Positions 8,159 through 18,942 are shown, counted from the first letter of the stretch. The stretch: DNA of 64,000 nucleotides from an uncultured delta proteobacterium (GCA_963816145.1 CAWFJP010000011.1:64001-128000); one strand, 5' to 3'. Made by a program: numbers and translations. The notes: a model not told the origin generated them from the letters alone.

Positions 8159-10123
8159 ATGGCGGTCAAGCGTTCCACACGAGCGGCAAAACTCCAGAAA
8201 GCCGAAGTTGGCCAGGAAAGGCCATCACCGACAAATCTTCTTTTTTTGGATCGCAAGGCTTCCCTCAAGCTGATGCGATGGCTTTATCTTTTTCATTTCG
8301 TCGGGTTAATTTTTCTTTGCACAAACGTGACCGGCCTCACTAACAATCAACCGTTCATTGATCAAGACTGGGGACTTCATTTCCATCATCTAAAATCGCT
8401 GGAAGCTTTCTGGCAGGAGCAAGGCAGAATTTGGGGCTACAACCCGAGCTTTATGGCGGGCTACCCGTCCAATACGATTCAGGATCTGAGCATTAAGTTT
8501 TTCGAGTTTATCGCACTCGGTTTGTCCAGCGTAGCGCTTTCAACTGTCCAGTGGTTCAAGCTCATCGCTTTTCTCGCCATGGCGATTGTGCCGTGGCTCA
8601 TGTATATGGCGGCAAGACATTTTTTCTTTGATGACGATTCAAGAGACCGTGCGGCCCTCGCCGCGGCCCTGTTGGGGACCATCTATTGGTGGAATTCCTT
8701 GCCGCGGGAAATGTTTTTCTACGGCATGATCGGCTTTCCCGTGGCAGCCTATCTTAGTATCTGGGGAGTTTCGCTGTTCTACCGATTAGTCGCAGAATCA
8801 CCGCCACTAGGCTGGATCCATCTCGGCTGGCTGTTGTTCGCAGTCGTGATATTGCCGCTGCACGTCCAGTCGCTAGTCATCTTTTTGCCGTCGATGGTGG
8901 CGCTGTTAATTATTCATGCGCGGCAAATAAACGGAAAACTGTTTTTGTGGATGATGGCGGCAGTGTCGAGTTGTGTCCTAGTAAACCTCACTTGGTTTGT
9001 GCCGGTGTTCAACCACCGCCAAGACGACGTTTCATCAACCATCGTCAATCAGCTCCCGCTATTTGCCAGCAGCGATCCGTTAACTTTTCTGATCGACTAT
9101 CTGGGCACCAAGGGATACTGGACGTTTCGTCCCTCATTTGTTGAAAAAGGCTTCCGCCTCGCGCTGCTGATTTTAGGTGTGCTTGGGGTCACAGAGCTAA
9201 TCAAGAAGGACAACCGCCCTGTCGGCATCATGATCATATTCGGCATTGCTGGATTATTCCTCCTCACTTATTTCGGCGCCTTTATCCCGATCATTGCGGC
9301 CTGGCAGCCATTGCGTTTCAAAGTTCCGCTCGATCTTTTCCTCGTGATTGGCGCAGCCTATGGCATCGACCAATGGCTGAGCGGGCGAAAAACCTATCGT
9401 TTTTACCTCGTCCCGGTAATGATCTCGCTGGGCGCACTGGCGTTTGCGATCAATATTTTCCAGACAGAATCGACCGGCAAACTCCGATCGCGCACCGAAA
9501 TGCGCTCGGAAATAGTCGCGATCGTCGACTGGATCGCAGGTCAAACTCCGCGCGATGCCCGAGTGCTTTTCGAAGAATCCGGCGATGAAACCGGGTTCAT
9601 ATATGACGGCATGTATCTGTCGGCCTTCCTGCCGCATCTGACCGGCCGGCAGTTGATCGGCGGCCCGATCAATCTTTACAATGACCGCCACCACTTCGCC
9701 GAGTTTCATTCAGGCAAACTTTTTAAGCGCGACATCGGCAGCATCACCGACGACGAACTGCGCAATTACTTGCGTCTGTACAACATCGGCGCGGTAGTCG
9801 CCTTTCATCCGGCTTCGATCAAAAAGCTGCTGTCGATCCCTGGGCTCGTCACCGTCGATCAACGTATCGGGCCGATTTATCTCATGAAAGTGAATCAACC
9901 CTTGAGCTGGTTTGTCGAAGGCGACGGTCAAGTGCAGACTAGCGCCAATCGATTGGAACTTCGCGACCTAAATGGGCGAGAGATCGTTCTCAAGTATCAT
10001 TGGCTGGAAAACTTAAGCGCTACGCCCGCGGTAAAAATAGTGCCGATCCAGCAGGCCGACGACCCAATCCCATTCATCAAGCTGATCGATCCGCCGTCGT
10101 CAGTGGTCCTGCGAACGCAGTGA
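8159..10123 (+). CDS. Multi-pass membrane protein, GT-C-like glycosyltransferase candidate
   Basis: About 11-13 hydrophobic segments; first external loop DQDWGLH...WGYNPSFMAGYP; soluble C-terminal domain with ARVLFE. Confidence 0.55.
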   Translation: MAVKRSTRAAKLQKAEVGQERPSPTNLLFLDRKASLKLMRWLYLFHFVGLIFLCTNVTGLTNNQPFIDQDWGLHFHHLKSLEAFWQEQGRIWGYNPSFMAGYPSNTIQDLSIKFFEFIALGLSSVALSTVQWFKLIAFLAMAIVPWLMYMAARHFFFDDDSRDRAALAAALLGTIYWWNSLPREMFFYGMIGFPVAAYLSIWGVSLFYRLVAESPPLGWIHLGWLLFAVVILPLHVQSLVIFLPSMVALLIIHARQINGKLFLWMMAAVSSCVLVNLTWFVPVFNHRQDDVSSTIVNQLPLFASSDPLTFLIDYLGTKGYWTFRPSFVEKGFRLALLILGVLGVTELIKKDNRPVGIMIIFGIAGLFLLTYFGAFIPIIAAWQPLRFKVPLDLFLVIGAAYGIDQWLSGRKTYRFYLVPVMISLGALAFAINIFQTESTGKLRSRTEMRSEIVAIVDWIAGQTPRDARVLFEESGDETGFIYDGMYLSAFLPHLTGRQLIGGPINLYNDRHHFAEFHSGKLFKRDIGSITDDELRNYLRLYNIGAVVAFHPASIKKLLSIPGLVTVDQRIGPIYLMKVNQPLSWFVEGDGQVQTSANRLELRDLNGREIVLKYHWLENLSATPAVKIVPIQQADDPIPFIKLIDPPSSVVLRTQ

Positions 10124-10174
10124 CCCGTGGCGAAAGCACCAGCAGGTCAGCCAATCAAACCGCGCCCCGGCGAT

Positions 10175-12229
10175 TTATCTTGTGGAAGGATTCGTGCCGC
10201 GCTGTGTCGTCAAGCGAACCGCTTCCTGATAGTGCTGCCGTGCCTCTTCTTTTCGTCCTTGCAGCTCTAGAAGCTGCGCCAGGCTGTGATGCGCCGGCGC
10301 GAAATCGGGCCGAAGCCGTACGGCTTGGTTGAATGCTGCTTCCGCATCAGCGTAACGATTCTGCGCCGCGTAGACGCTGCCCAAAAAATAAACCGGTTCG
10401 GCGGCCTCCGGAGTGAGCGCCGCCGCCCGTTGCAGCGGCGCCACCGCTTCATCTATACGGCCGCTTTTTGCCAAGGCGACGCCAAGGTTGAGATGCGCCC
10501 GGCTCAATGCGGGATTGAGCGCAATCGCCTTCTGGAAGTGTGCCACGCCCGCCGCCAGATCGCCGCGTTCGGCGAGCAGCTGACCATAGTTGCTATGGGC
10601 CTCGGCGTAATTGGGCAATATCCGTAACGCCTCTTCAAAATGGCGCTGTGCCAGATCTAAGCGGCCCCGTTGCACGTAAAGATTGCCGAGATTGTAATGC
10701 GCAATGGCAAAATCCGGTTGCACCTTCAGCGCTTGCTCAGCCGCCTTGATCGCTTCGTCGATTTGGCCTTGCTTCGCCAAAGCATTGGCCAGATTGTTAT
10801 ACCCCGCTGCGCCGGCGCCGGATACTTTTTGCAACGGCCAATTGATCAGCACGGCGCCGGCGATCGCCAACGCCGCCGTGGGCGCCAGGGTTCGCCACGC
10901 CGCTTGCCGGCACAAACGCCAAGATTCAACGATTCCGACACCCGCAAAAAGTGCCAGCAAGGGTACTAACGGATAACGATAACGGCCAAAAACGTAGAAG
11001 ACCGCGACACCGGCGGCCAGCGCAACGATCATCGCGTAGAGCAGCCAGAGTTGGCGCCAGTGGCGCAGCGTCAATAGGATACCGACGCCGGCTAGCGGCG
11101 CTAAAATTCCAAAATGGCCAAACCATCCGAGAAGCGAGAGTAGCCACGACCAATTCTGATAAATGTAAAAATCATCCGAGTCCTCGACCTCACGCGCATT
11201 CCATACCCGAAGCCATTTGAATCCGAGCAGCTTGAGCCACTGCGCCGGTTGTGCCGAGATGTATTGCAGCGACTGTTCGAACCAATAGCTCGATACCTGA
11301 CCAGGACTCAGCGACCGACCCAGCGCGCGCTCGGCCAATCGTTTGGCATCCGATCCCTCCAGCTGGTTCTCGTGAATTACGTTCCTAATCGAGCCGTAGG
11401 TGCCGTCGGCAAGAGGATTATTACCGATGTAGAAATTGGGCCCGAACTGCGAAGTCGTCAGTTTAAACTCGCCGCCTATCAGCAGATTGCGCAATCCGAC
11501 GGGAAATAAAACCAACAAGACACCGGCGGAAAATAGACCAAGCCAACGTGCCCGTAGTCCGAGCGAGCGCTCGCGATAGTGCAAAATGATCCATGCAGCG
11601 ATAACCGGCGCCAAGATCAAGGCATTTTCGCGAGATAAGCCGAGCAGTCCAATGAGTCCACCGCAACCAAGCCATTTGAGCCAGCGTTCGTCGGCCACAA
11701 GCAGTAATACATACAAGCCAAGGCTGAGCAGCGTTAGGTCGAGAACGCTTTTTTCAATCAAGCCGTCAAAAAAAATCGCCGGCGCGTAAAAGGCTAGAAT
11801 CAATCCCGCGGCAATCCCGGCCGAGCGAGAAAACAGCCGTTCACCGATGCGAAAAATCAGCCCGCATGATATCGCCCCGAGAATGATTTGTAAAAAACGG
11901 ATAAGCCAAAGATTGTGGCCGACGACAAACTGCAAGACACCGAGAAAGTACGGGTATAACGGTGTCTGGTAAAAAACCCCCTGCCCCAACCAATCGCCCG
12001 CAGCGATCCGCTGACCCCATTCGTCGTAAGTCCGGCCGTCGCCGGCAAGGTTGTAAAAAAGTGGGATCGCTTCGATCTGCAGAAGATAAATCAGGCGTAT
12101 AAAAAATGCCGCGGCAACAACCAACCAGAATCCCGACAATCGTCCCGAACCGCGCGGATCCCTGTGCGGCCCTTGATCTGGCTGGACCTCCCGCCGTTTT
12201 CTCGCCGCGCGAGATTCTTCTCTACTCAT
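10175..12229 (-). CDS. ArnT/PMT-like GT-C glycosyltransferase with C-terminal TPR repeats
   Basis: DGRTYD loop, YQTPLYPYF, NFYIGNNP and RYRYP motifs; about 6 TPRs (AHYNLG, AHLNLG). Confidence 0.75.
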   Translation of the reverse strand: MSREESRAARKRREVQPDQGPHRDPRGSGRLSGFWLVVAAAFFIRLIYLLQIEAIPLFYNLAGDGRTYDEWGQRIAAGDWLGQGVFYQTPLYPYFLGVLQFVVGHNLWLIRFLQIILGAISCGLIFRIGERLFSRSAGIAAGLILAFYAPAIFFDGLIEKSVLDLTLLSLGLYVLLLVADERWLKWLGCGGLIGLLGLSRENALILAPVIAAWIILHYRERSLGLRARWLGLFSAGVLLVLFPVGLRNLLIGGEFKLTTSQFGPNFYIGNNPLADGTYGSIRNVIHENQLEGSDAKRLAERALGRSLSPGQVSSYWFEQSLQYISAQPAQWLKLLGFKWLRVWNAREVEDSDDFYIYQNWSWLLSLLGWFGHFGILAPLAGVGILLTLRHWRQLWLLYAMIVALAAGVAVFYVFGRYRYPLVPLLALFAGVGIVESWRLCRQAAWRTLAPTAALAIAGAVLINWPLQKVSGAGAAGYNNLANALAKQGQIDEAIKAAEQALKVQPDFAIAHYNLGNLYVQRGRLDLAQRHFEEALRILPNYAEAHSNYGQLLAERGDLAAGVAHFQKAIALNPALSRAHLNLGVALAKSGRIDEAVAPLQRAAALTPEAAEPVYFLGSVYAAQNRYADAEAAFNQAVRLRPDFAPAHHSLAQLLELQGRKEEARQHYQEAVRLTTQRGTNPSTR

Positions 12230-12267
12230 TGATTCAAATCTCTAGTCTTGGGGGGACCCGTTGGACG

Positions 12268-14766
12268 TTATTTGATTAATCGCACAGCCTCTTCAAGATG
12301 CATTACGCCCTCGTCTGTTCGGCCCATCCGCGCCAGCAACTTCCCTAAACTTTCATGCGCTTCAGCCATGCCGGGTTCGATCTGAAGCGCTTTGCGGTAG
12401 CTCCGTATCGATTCTTCATAGGCGCCGCTTTGGGCGAGCATCACGCCCAATTGGTAGTGCGCCTTAGCGAACAGCGGGTCGGCCTTGATCGCATCACGCA
12501 GCGATGCCATGGCTTCGCGGCTTTGTCCTTGGCGAGCTAACAAAACCGCAAGATTGTAATGTGCCCTGGTGTAGAGCGGCTCGAGACGAATGGTCTCGCG
12601 TAGTTCGGCGATCGCACGCTCATCATCACCCCGGACCGCTAGCGTCAAGGCCAAGTCATAGCGAATGTCTTCGTCGTCCGGGCTCGCCGCCCGGGCTCGC
12701 TGCAAAAACTCGATCGCTTCGTCGAAATTGTTTTGCTTTGCCAAGATCATGCCGAGATTGTACAGGGCCTTGGTCGGCGGGTTTTTCTGTTGGACCGCTT
12801 GGCGGTAATGTTTCTCGGCTTCAATCATGTTTCCTTGATTTTCAAGCAAACTACCGAGATCGGCATGAGCCTGCGCTGACTCAGGATTCCTCTCAAGGGC
12901 ATCGCGCAACGCGCCAATCGCTTGGCTGATCCGGTAAACGTAAATCGAATGACCGATGATCACCACGGGGCTCAAAGACAAGAACGGTTTGAGAAAATCA
13001 ACCCGTCGTTCGCCGCGAATGTAGTGTCGGCCAAACAGATGATTGGCGCTGATCGCGAGGTAATCGGAGGGGTCGGCGTACTTGTTCGCCATGGCAGCCG
13101 TGCTCACCCAACTACCGGGTAGAAATTGCGCATCGATACCGAAATACCTAGGCTCCGCCTCATTGTGAAAACCAAAGTAGACGAATTGAATTTTCTTAAC
13201 TTGGTTTTCCGTCATCCAAGCTTTCAGCCCTTTGAGATCTTGTCCCCAATCCAAGTTCGAATCCAGCAAGATCTTGTGGCCATTGCGCGCCCCACCTGCC
13301 AACTCGTTAAAATAGGCAAGAAAATGCGGATAGATATTTATTGTCGACCAAGCAGACCATAACCCCAGAAACAAGATCGAGCCGCGGATCACGGCTGTTC
13401 GGGCCCGCCAGAGTTGGCCTACCGTTCCGCCGACCAGGACGAAGAGAAATGGATAGATTGGCAAAATATGCCGCACACCGATACTCAAACGGGACAAGAT
13501 CGCTAGCAGAAAATAGCTCGCCAGGGCGACCAGAGGGAAATTGACTTTGGCGCGGTCAAGTTTCTTCGTCCCCCAGAGAATCAGCGTAACCAGAAAGAGT
13601 ATCAACGTTGGCAATGGCGTCTTGACCGCAAACGCGACCGGGAAGTACAGCCAAAATCCATGATCGGAGTAAGCTCCGAGAAGATAGGCTTCGCGTTGCA
13701 AATTATTCAAGACGAAGAGCTGACCATAGATCCAAGCCTCGGGAAAAAGATGAAACTGCGTCAGCAATGAAACCAGACCGCTCAATCGCGGCAGGGTCGA
13801 CAATTCATCGGCCATCGGCAATGATGTGCCATCAGCCGGGAGCGCGCTAAAGCGAAATCCGTAAGCTGCCCATATCATGCAATAAGCGGCGATGAGTGAG
13901 CAAAAAAAGATGCCGCACAAGAGCACGGCTTTCTGCCGCCGGCCAACCACGAAGCGAGGCTTGCCCAAGGCGCATTCCAGTGGCCGAGCAGAGAGCGTAC
14001 GGACAAGGGCCAGTGCGCCCCAGACTGCCAGCATGGCAAGATAGGCGTATTTCGTGGCTGCCGCCAAACCGAAGAAGCACGCCGTAAGCGCGAGACTCGA
14101 CCATGTGAGTTTCTCCAACGCGCGCCAAAAAAAATAGCTGCCGATAAAAAATAACCCAGTGAAGGCGATATCCGTATGAACGATCTGGCTATGGGCCAAG
14201 ATGTTCGGGTCCAAGCCATAAAGAAACAGCGATGCCAATGCGGCTTCGAAGCCGAACAGTTCTTTACTCCAACGGTAGATAAAACCACCGAGTAACAGCG
14301 CAAGCAGGAGAAACTGCAGCTTGGCCCAGAAGAAAAGGGTTTCGCCATCGTTGTCGACAAAAAATAGTTTTGCCGCCACCGAGCCCGTGTGCGTGGTATG
14401 CGGCGGAGTGTGCGGAATAATCTCCCATGCGATCGCAGCTGGGCGTGGATCTTTGATATCCATCGCCAACAGCGGCAGCGCCGCCCAGAGTTTAGCCAAC
14501 GGTGGATGCTCGGGATTGGCCCGGTAGTCGCTCCACTTCAAGGAAGCGTACCCCGACAGCAAATGAACCGGCTCGTCAACTGTGGGCGATTGATGCAGGA
14601 TGGCGCCGATCGAAACTAAACTGAATAGGCCAATGAACAGAACCATGCTCGCGATCGACAGCAGCTTCGATGGCGGCGAATGCGATGATTTTGTTTCCGC
14701 CTTGATCTCCCTTACAGCGGGGATTGGGGACCTCGTCGGAGCTTTAGTTCGGCCTTTTCGCGCCAT
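12268..14766 (-). CDS. PMT-2/GT39-like GT-C glycosyltransferase with C-terminal TPR repeats
   Basis: SPTVDEPVHL, NPEHPPLAK, KTPLP, IGVRHILP, LAYFNE and DSNLDWGQDL motifs; about 6 TPRs. Confidence 0.78.
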   Translation of the reverse strand: MARKGRTKAPTRSPIPAVREIKAETKSSHSPPSKLLSIASMVLFIGLFSLVSIGAILHQSPTVDEPVHLLSGYASLKWSDYRANPEHPPLAKLWAALPLLAMDIKDPRPAAIAWEIIPHTPPHTTHTGSVAAKLFFVDNDGETLFFWAKLQFLLLALLLGGFIYRWSKELFGFEAALASLFLYGLDPNILAHSQIVHTDIAFTGLFFIGSYFFWRALEKLTWSSLALTACFFGLAAATKYAYLAMLAVWGALALVRTLSARPLECALGKPRFVVGRRQKAVLLCGIFFCSLIAAYCMIWAAYGFRFSALPADGTSLPMADELSTLPRLSGLVSLLTQFHLFPEAWIYGQLFVLNNLQREAYLLGAYSDHGFWLYFPVAFAVKTPLPTLILFLVTLILWGTKKLDRAKVNFPLVALASYFLLAILSRLSIGVRHILPIYPFLFVLVGGTVGQLWRARTAVIRGSILFLGLWSAWSTINIYPHFLAYFNELAGGARNGHKILLDSNLDWGQDLKGLKAWMTENQVKKIQFVYFGFHNEAEPRYFGIDAQFLPGSWVSTAAMANKYADPSDYLAISANHLFGRHYIRGERRVDFLKPFLSLSPVVIIGHSIYVYRISQAIGALRDALERNPESAQAHADLGSLLENQGNMIEAEKHYRQAVQQKNPPTKALYNLGMILAKQNNFDEAIEFLQRARAASPDDEDIRYDLALTLAVRGDDERAIAELRETIRLEPLYTRAHYNLAVLLARQGQSREAMASLRDAIKADPLFAKAHYQLGVMLAQSGAYEESIRSYRKALQIEPGMAEAHESLGKLLARMGRTDEGVMHLEEAVRLIK

Positions 14767-14902
14767 GGACGATAATAAATCTCTTGTCTAGCACTCAACC
14801 GTCAAATCTCTTTAAGCGTAACACTCTCACCAACGTCATCATTGACGTGCCAACGGCACAATCGATAACTGGCCTTCATCGGCTTCCAACTGAACAAATG
14901 CT

Positions 14903-16912
14903 TTATTTCGTCGGCGTATCGGGGCTAACCGCTCTTGGGAGTTGGGCTTTTGCCGGATAACGCTTCGCAGTCTCGGTTTTGCTCCCCCGTGCCTCAAGCA
15001 GCCGCGCCAGCGCCATCTGAACACCCGCCAGTTGCGGCTTGAGTTTCACCGCCGCCTCCAGATGAACAATCGCCTGATCGAGGTTTCCCGAACGAGCATA
15101 GGCGTCACCCAAGCCAGCATGGACCTCGGCGGTGTCCGGTGAAAGCTTGAGCGCCTGTTGAAAACTCGAGATCGCTTTGGCGAATTCTCCGCTGCGCACA
15201 AAGAGCCTGCCTAGATTGAAATAAGCCTTGGCGAACTTCGGATCAAGCGCCAGCGCTTTTTGGTAAGCAGCCAATGCAGCGGTGAAATTTCCTTGCAGCG
15301 CCAACAGCTGGCCAAAATTATTGAGAGTCTCGACGTCGTTGGGCTTGTATTTCAAAGCTTCTTGGTAGTGTGCTATCGCGTCATCCACTTTACCTTGCTG
15401 GCCCAGGAGCCGGGCCAGATTGTAGTGCGCTTCGGTATGAGTTGGATTGATGGCAACCGCGCGGCGGTAAAGTTCCTCGCTGCTTTGGAAGTTGCCATTA
15501 GTCTCGTAATATTTGCCAAGGTTGTAATTGGCGATGGCGGTATTGGGCGTGACTTGCAAGGTATGCTTCCACAACGACTCGGTATCGTGCCAAACAGCCA
15601 CTTGCCCTTGGGTTAGCAGTCCTAGGCTAGCGCCGGTCATGAAAATCACTACCGCGACGGTCGCGATCCGCGCCGACTTGGCGCTTTGCAGCCAGTAGAA
15701 ACCCATTCCGCCCAATAGCGCGGCCCAACTTAAACAAGACAGATAACTGTACCGATCAGCGACCAGTTGCGCGCCGCTTTGCGCCACCCCCAACACCGGT
15801 GCGAGGACGATTACATAGTACGCCCAGCATGCGGCAAGCCATGGCCAGCGCCGGTGCAGGAAGAAAGCCAGCAAACTTGCCAGGACAGTGATAATGGCAC
15901 ACAGGATGAAAACACCGGTCCAGGCCTCGAAGTCATAGGGAAGTTCATATAAGGGCGACAGACCGATCGGCAACAGTGTTTTCCAAAGATAGAAACAGAT
16001 TCCATAAAACGCTTGGCCGACGCGATAGGAGAAAAAATACTGCTGCACCGGGCGCAGCGCGCCGGTCGCATGTTGTGCCCATAACGCCGCCAAGCCGAAG
16101 ATCACGGAGAGCAGCAAAAACGGCAACTTTTCACCCAACATGCGCCGTGAATCTGTATCGAACCAGCTGCGCACCGTCCCGCGCAACCGCTGCAACGGGT
16201 AGATGTCCAGTATGATCAAAACTAACGGCAGTGTGATCGCTGTCGCCTTGGCCATCAAAGACAACAGTTGAGCGCCAAAGGCGAGGGCAAGCCAGCGGTA
16301 GCGCGATTTTAAGCTTGGCGCTGCCGATTCATGAGCACGCAGATAGGAAAAAATCGCCAAGAGAAAAAAGCCGCCGGAAAGAACATCGCGGCGCTCGGTC
16401 GCCCAAACCACCGACTCAACGCGCAACGGATGAAGCGCAAAAAAAAGCGCCGCGAGGGCAGCGCTAGAATCGAGTGCCCAGCGCGCCGCCTCACGGGCAG
16501 TGACAAAAATCCTGGTGAAGAGCCGCCGACACACAAGATAAAAAATCACCGTGTTGGCGGCATGCAAGATCAAGTTGGTTAGATGATAGCCAAAGGGATC
16601 GAGACCCCAGAGCAAATAATCCAAGCCCAAGGTGATCCAACTGAGGGGCTGATAATGGCCGGCGTGAAATGTCGAAAACATCCATCGTAACTGGACCCAT
16701 CCCAAACCTCGGTAGTAGGGATTATCGACCAACATGAGATCGTCATCCCAGTTGACGAATTGATTGGACAGTGCCGAGAAAAACACCGCAAATGTTGCCA
16801 ACACAAGCACCAAACCCACAACCCATTGGTCCCAACGACAGTTGGCTGCGACCTTGGCTGTCGGTGTGGAATGACCAGAACGCAGGTTTGGTGTGCGGCT
16901 GAGACGTTTCAT
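14903..16912 (-). CDS. TMTC-like O-glycosyltransferase candidate (GT-C + TPR)
   Basis: NQFVNWDD, HYQPL, FALHPLRVESVVWATERRD, ADRYSY and W..TESLW motifs, followed by TPRs. Confidence 0.8.
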   Translation of the reverse strand: MKRLSRTPNLRSGHSTPTAKVAANCRWDQWVVGLVLVLATFAVFFSALSNQFVNWDDDLMLVDNPYYRGLGWVQLRWMFSTFHAGHYQPLSWITLGLDYLLWGLDPFGYHLTNLILHAANTVIFYLVCRRLFTRIFVTAREAARWALDSSAALAALFFALHPLRVESVVWATERRDVLSGGFFLLAIFSYLRAHESAAPSLKSRYRWLALAFGAQLLSLMAKATAITLPLVLIILDIYPLQRLRGTVRSWFDTDSRRMLGEKLPFLLLSVIFGLAALWAQHATGALRPVQQYFFSYRVGQAFYGICFYLWKTLLPIGLSPLYELPYDFEAWTGVFILCAIITVLASLLAFFLHRRWPWLAACWAYYVIVLAPVLGVAQSGAQLVADRYSYLSCLSWAALLGGMGFYWLQSAKSARIATVAVVIFMTGASLGLLTQGQVAVWHDTESLWKHTLQVTPNTAIANYNLGKYYETNGNFQSSEELYRRAVAINPTHTEAHYNLARLLGQQGKVDDAIAHYQEALKYKPNDVETLNNFGQLLALQGNFTAALAAYQKALALDPKFAKAYFNLGRLFVRSGEFAKAISSFQQALKLSPDTAEVHAGLGDAYARSGNLDQAIVHLEAAVKLKPQLAGVQMALARLLEARGSKTETAKRYPAKAQLPRAVSPDTPTK

Positions 16913-16923
16913 TGAATAGTGGG

Positions 16924-18942
16924 CTACTTCGGACTGATCGAAGAACTATCCGCAGGTTTGCCATTGGCTTTCATTAGGCGCAGCGCATCTTGGTTATGCC
17001 GTTCGGCTTCATCGTGCTTTCCTTGCGCCGCCAACGACCTCGCGAGCAGAACCCGGGCATCGGCATCCGCGGGTTTCAATTCTACCGCGCGGCGGAAATG
17101 ACGGGTCGCCAACTCCAACTGACCTTGCCGCGCCAGGACAATTCCCAGACGAATCTGGATCGCCGGTTCGTTTGGATTGATGCGCGCAGCCTGCTCATAG
17201 TGCGTCGTGGCCCCCGGCAGATCGCCTTGTTTAGCCAGCAGCTCCGCCAGGTTGAACAACGCCTTATAATGATCGGGTTCGAGCTCGATTGCTTTGCGAA
17301 ACTCGGCGAGTGCCGCAGCATCCTCACCTTTCAAGTCAAGCAACAAACCCAAATCATTATGAGCGTCGGCGTGATCCGGGCGAATTTCGATTACCCGGCG
17401 ATAGTGCGCCATCGCTTCCGCTTCAAGACCTTTGAGCGCCAACAGCCGTGCCAAATTGAAATGTGCTTTGGAGTAGCCGGAATTCACGGCGACCGCGCGG
17501 CGATAACTGTCAATGGCTTCCGTCAGGTTATTTTCCCTCTCGAAGGCGCGGCCGAGGTTATAGTGCGCAATACTCGACAACGGCTCGGCCTTGGTCCCAT
17601 GTTGCCAAAGAGAAATCGGCGAGCGCCAAACCTCCGTCTGTTGCCAAGTAAAGAATCCCAGACTGACTACGACCAGGGAAGCTGCGGCCGCGACGAATTG
17701 CCGTTGCCCGATCGAGCCGGCCTCTCGCCCCGGCCCCCAGCGGAAAAATCCCCCCGCCAGTAGTAGCGGCCAACCCAAGCAGGCAAGGTAGCTGTAGCGG
17801 TCCGCCACCAGTTGCGGGCCGCTCTGCGCCACGCCGGTCACCGGCGCCAAGACGACGATATAATAGACCCAACAAGCGAAGACCATAGGCCAACGTCGCA
17901 TCAAAGTATAGAACGCGAGCGTTAACCCAAACGTCGCGCCCGTCGAAAGGACAAAAACCCAAAACCACAATCCGGTCTCGATCGGCAATTCATAAATCGG
18001 CGCGAGACCGAAGGGCCAAATCGTCTTCCAGAGATAAAATACATAGGCGAAACCCGCCTGGAGGAGACGAGAGAGTACGTCAAACTGCTCCAGCGGCTTG
18101 AGTGCCCCGGTAACCTGTTGCGCGATTAAAGCGACAATTGCGAAGCCGACGGCTAAAATAACAAACGGCAATTTCTCGTAGAGCACGGCGCGCGACTCGC
18201 GCTTGAACCAGAGGGCTGGGTTTCCAGCCAAACGTTTCAGCGGATAAATATCGAGCAGGAGCAACACCGCCGGCAACGTGATCGCCATGGCTTTGGACAT
18301 AAGCGATAGCAGATAAGCGGCGATGGCAGCGCCAAGCCATCGCCGTTGGCTGCTTGGCTGTGAATTTTCTGCGGCACGCAAATAAAAATCTAGGGTTAGG
18401 AAGTAGAATAATCCGGAGAGCACATCGCGGCGCTCGGTCGCCCACGCTACCGACTCGACGCGCAACGGATGAATCGCGAACAGCAGCGCCGCTAACCCCG
18501 CACTCAATTCGAGGCGCCAATTTTCTTCCTTGCTCAATGGCCCGATCGCCGCGCGCAGCAGGCGCCGGCTGACCCAGTAAAAGAGTAAGGCGTTGGCCGT
18601 GTGCAGCAGCAAACTCGTCAAATGATAGCCGAAAGGGGTCATGCCCCAGAGCTGGTAATCGAGCGCGAAACTCACCCAAGTCAACGGCTGGTAGTGCCCC
18701 ATGAGAAAGGTTGAAAACATCCATTTCAGCTGATCCCACCCCAAGCCGCGATAATAGGGGTTATCGTAGAGAATTTTGTCGTCGTCCCAATTGACAAAAT
18801 CGTTCACCAAAGCAGGGAAAAACACGCCGAAAGTTGCAATCGCAACGCAGAGCGGCACAAGCCATTCCGGGAATCGGCGCACTCCTGCCGATTCCTTCGG
18901 CCGTCTTGACGGGGCGCCGGTTGCAGGCTTGGGACTTTTCAT
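16924..18942 (-). CDS. TMTC-like O-glycosyltransferase candidate (GT-C + TPR), tandem paralog
   Basis: NDFVNWDD, HYQPL, FAIHPLRVESVAWATERRD and ADRYSY; long stretches near-identical to the 14903-16912 protein. Confidence 0.8.
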   Translation of the reverse strand: MKSPKPATGAPSRRPKESAGVRRFPEWLVPLCVAIATFGVFFPALVNDFVNWDDDKILYDNPYYRGLGWDQLKWMFSTFLMGHYQPLTWVSFALDYQLWGMTPFGYHLTSLLLHTANALLFYWVSRRLLRAAIGPLSKEENWRLELSAGLAALLFAIHPLRVESVAWATERRDVLSGLFYFLTLDFYLRAAENSQPSSQRRWLGAAIAAYLLSLMSKAMAITLPAVLLLLDIYPLKRLAGNPALWFKRESRAVLYEKLPFVILAVGFAIVALIAQQVTGALKPLEQFDVLSRLLQAGFAYVFYLWKTIWPFGLAPIYELPIETGLWFWVFVLSTGATFGLTLAFYTLMRRWPMVFACWVYYIVVLAPVTGVAQSGPQLVADRYSYLACLGWPLLLAGGFFRWGPGREAGSIGQRQFVAAAASLVVVSLGFFTWQQTEVWRSPISLWQHGTKAEPLSSIAHYNLGRAFERENNLTEAIDSYRRAVAVNSGYSKAHFNLARLLALKGLEAEAMAHYRRVIEIRPDHADAHNDLGLLLDLKGEDAAALAEFRKAIELEPDHYKALFNLAELLAKQGDLPGATTHYEQAARINPNEPAIQIRLGIVLARQGQLELATRHFRRAVELKPADADARVLLARSLAAQGKHDEAERHNQDALRLMKANGKPADSSSISPK

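Noticed and set aside
16990-17763. Long antisense or alternate-frame ORFs (also 6685-7536, 27060-27776, 34244-35002, 37612-38229, 60099-60728)
   Set aside because: They shadow well-supported genes, have no recognisable motifs and are expected in GC-rich DNA.
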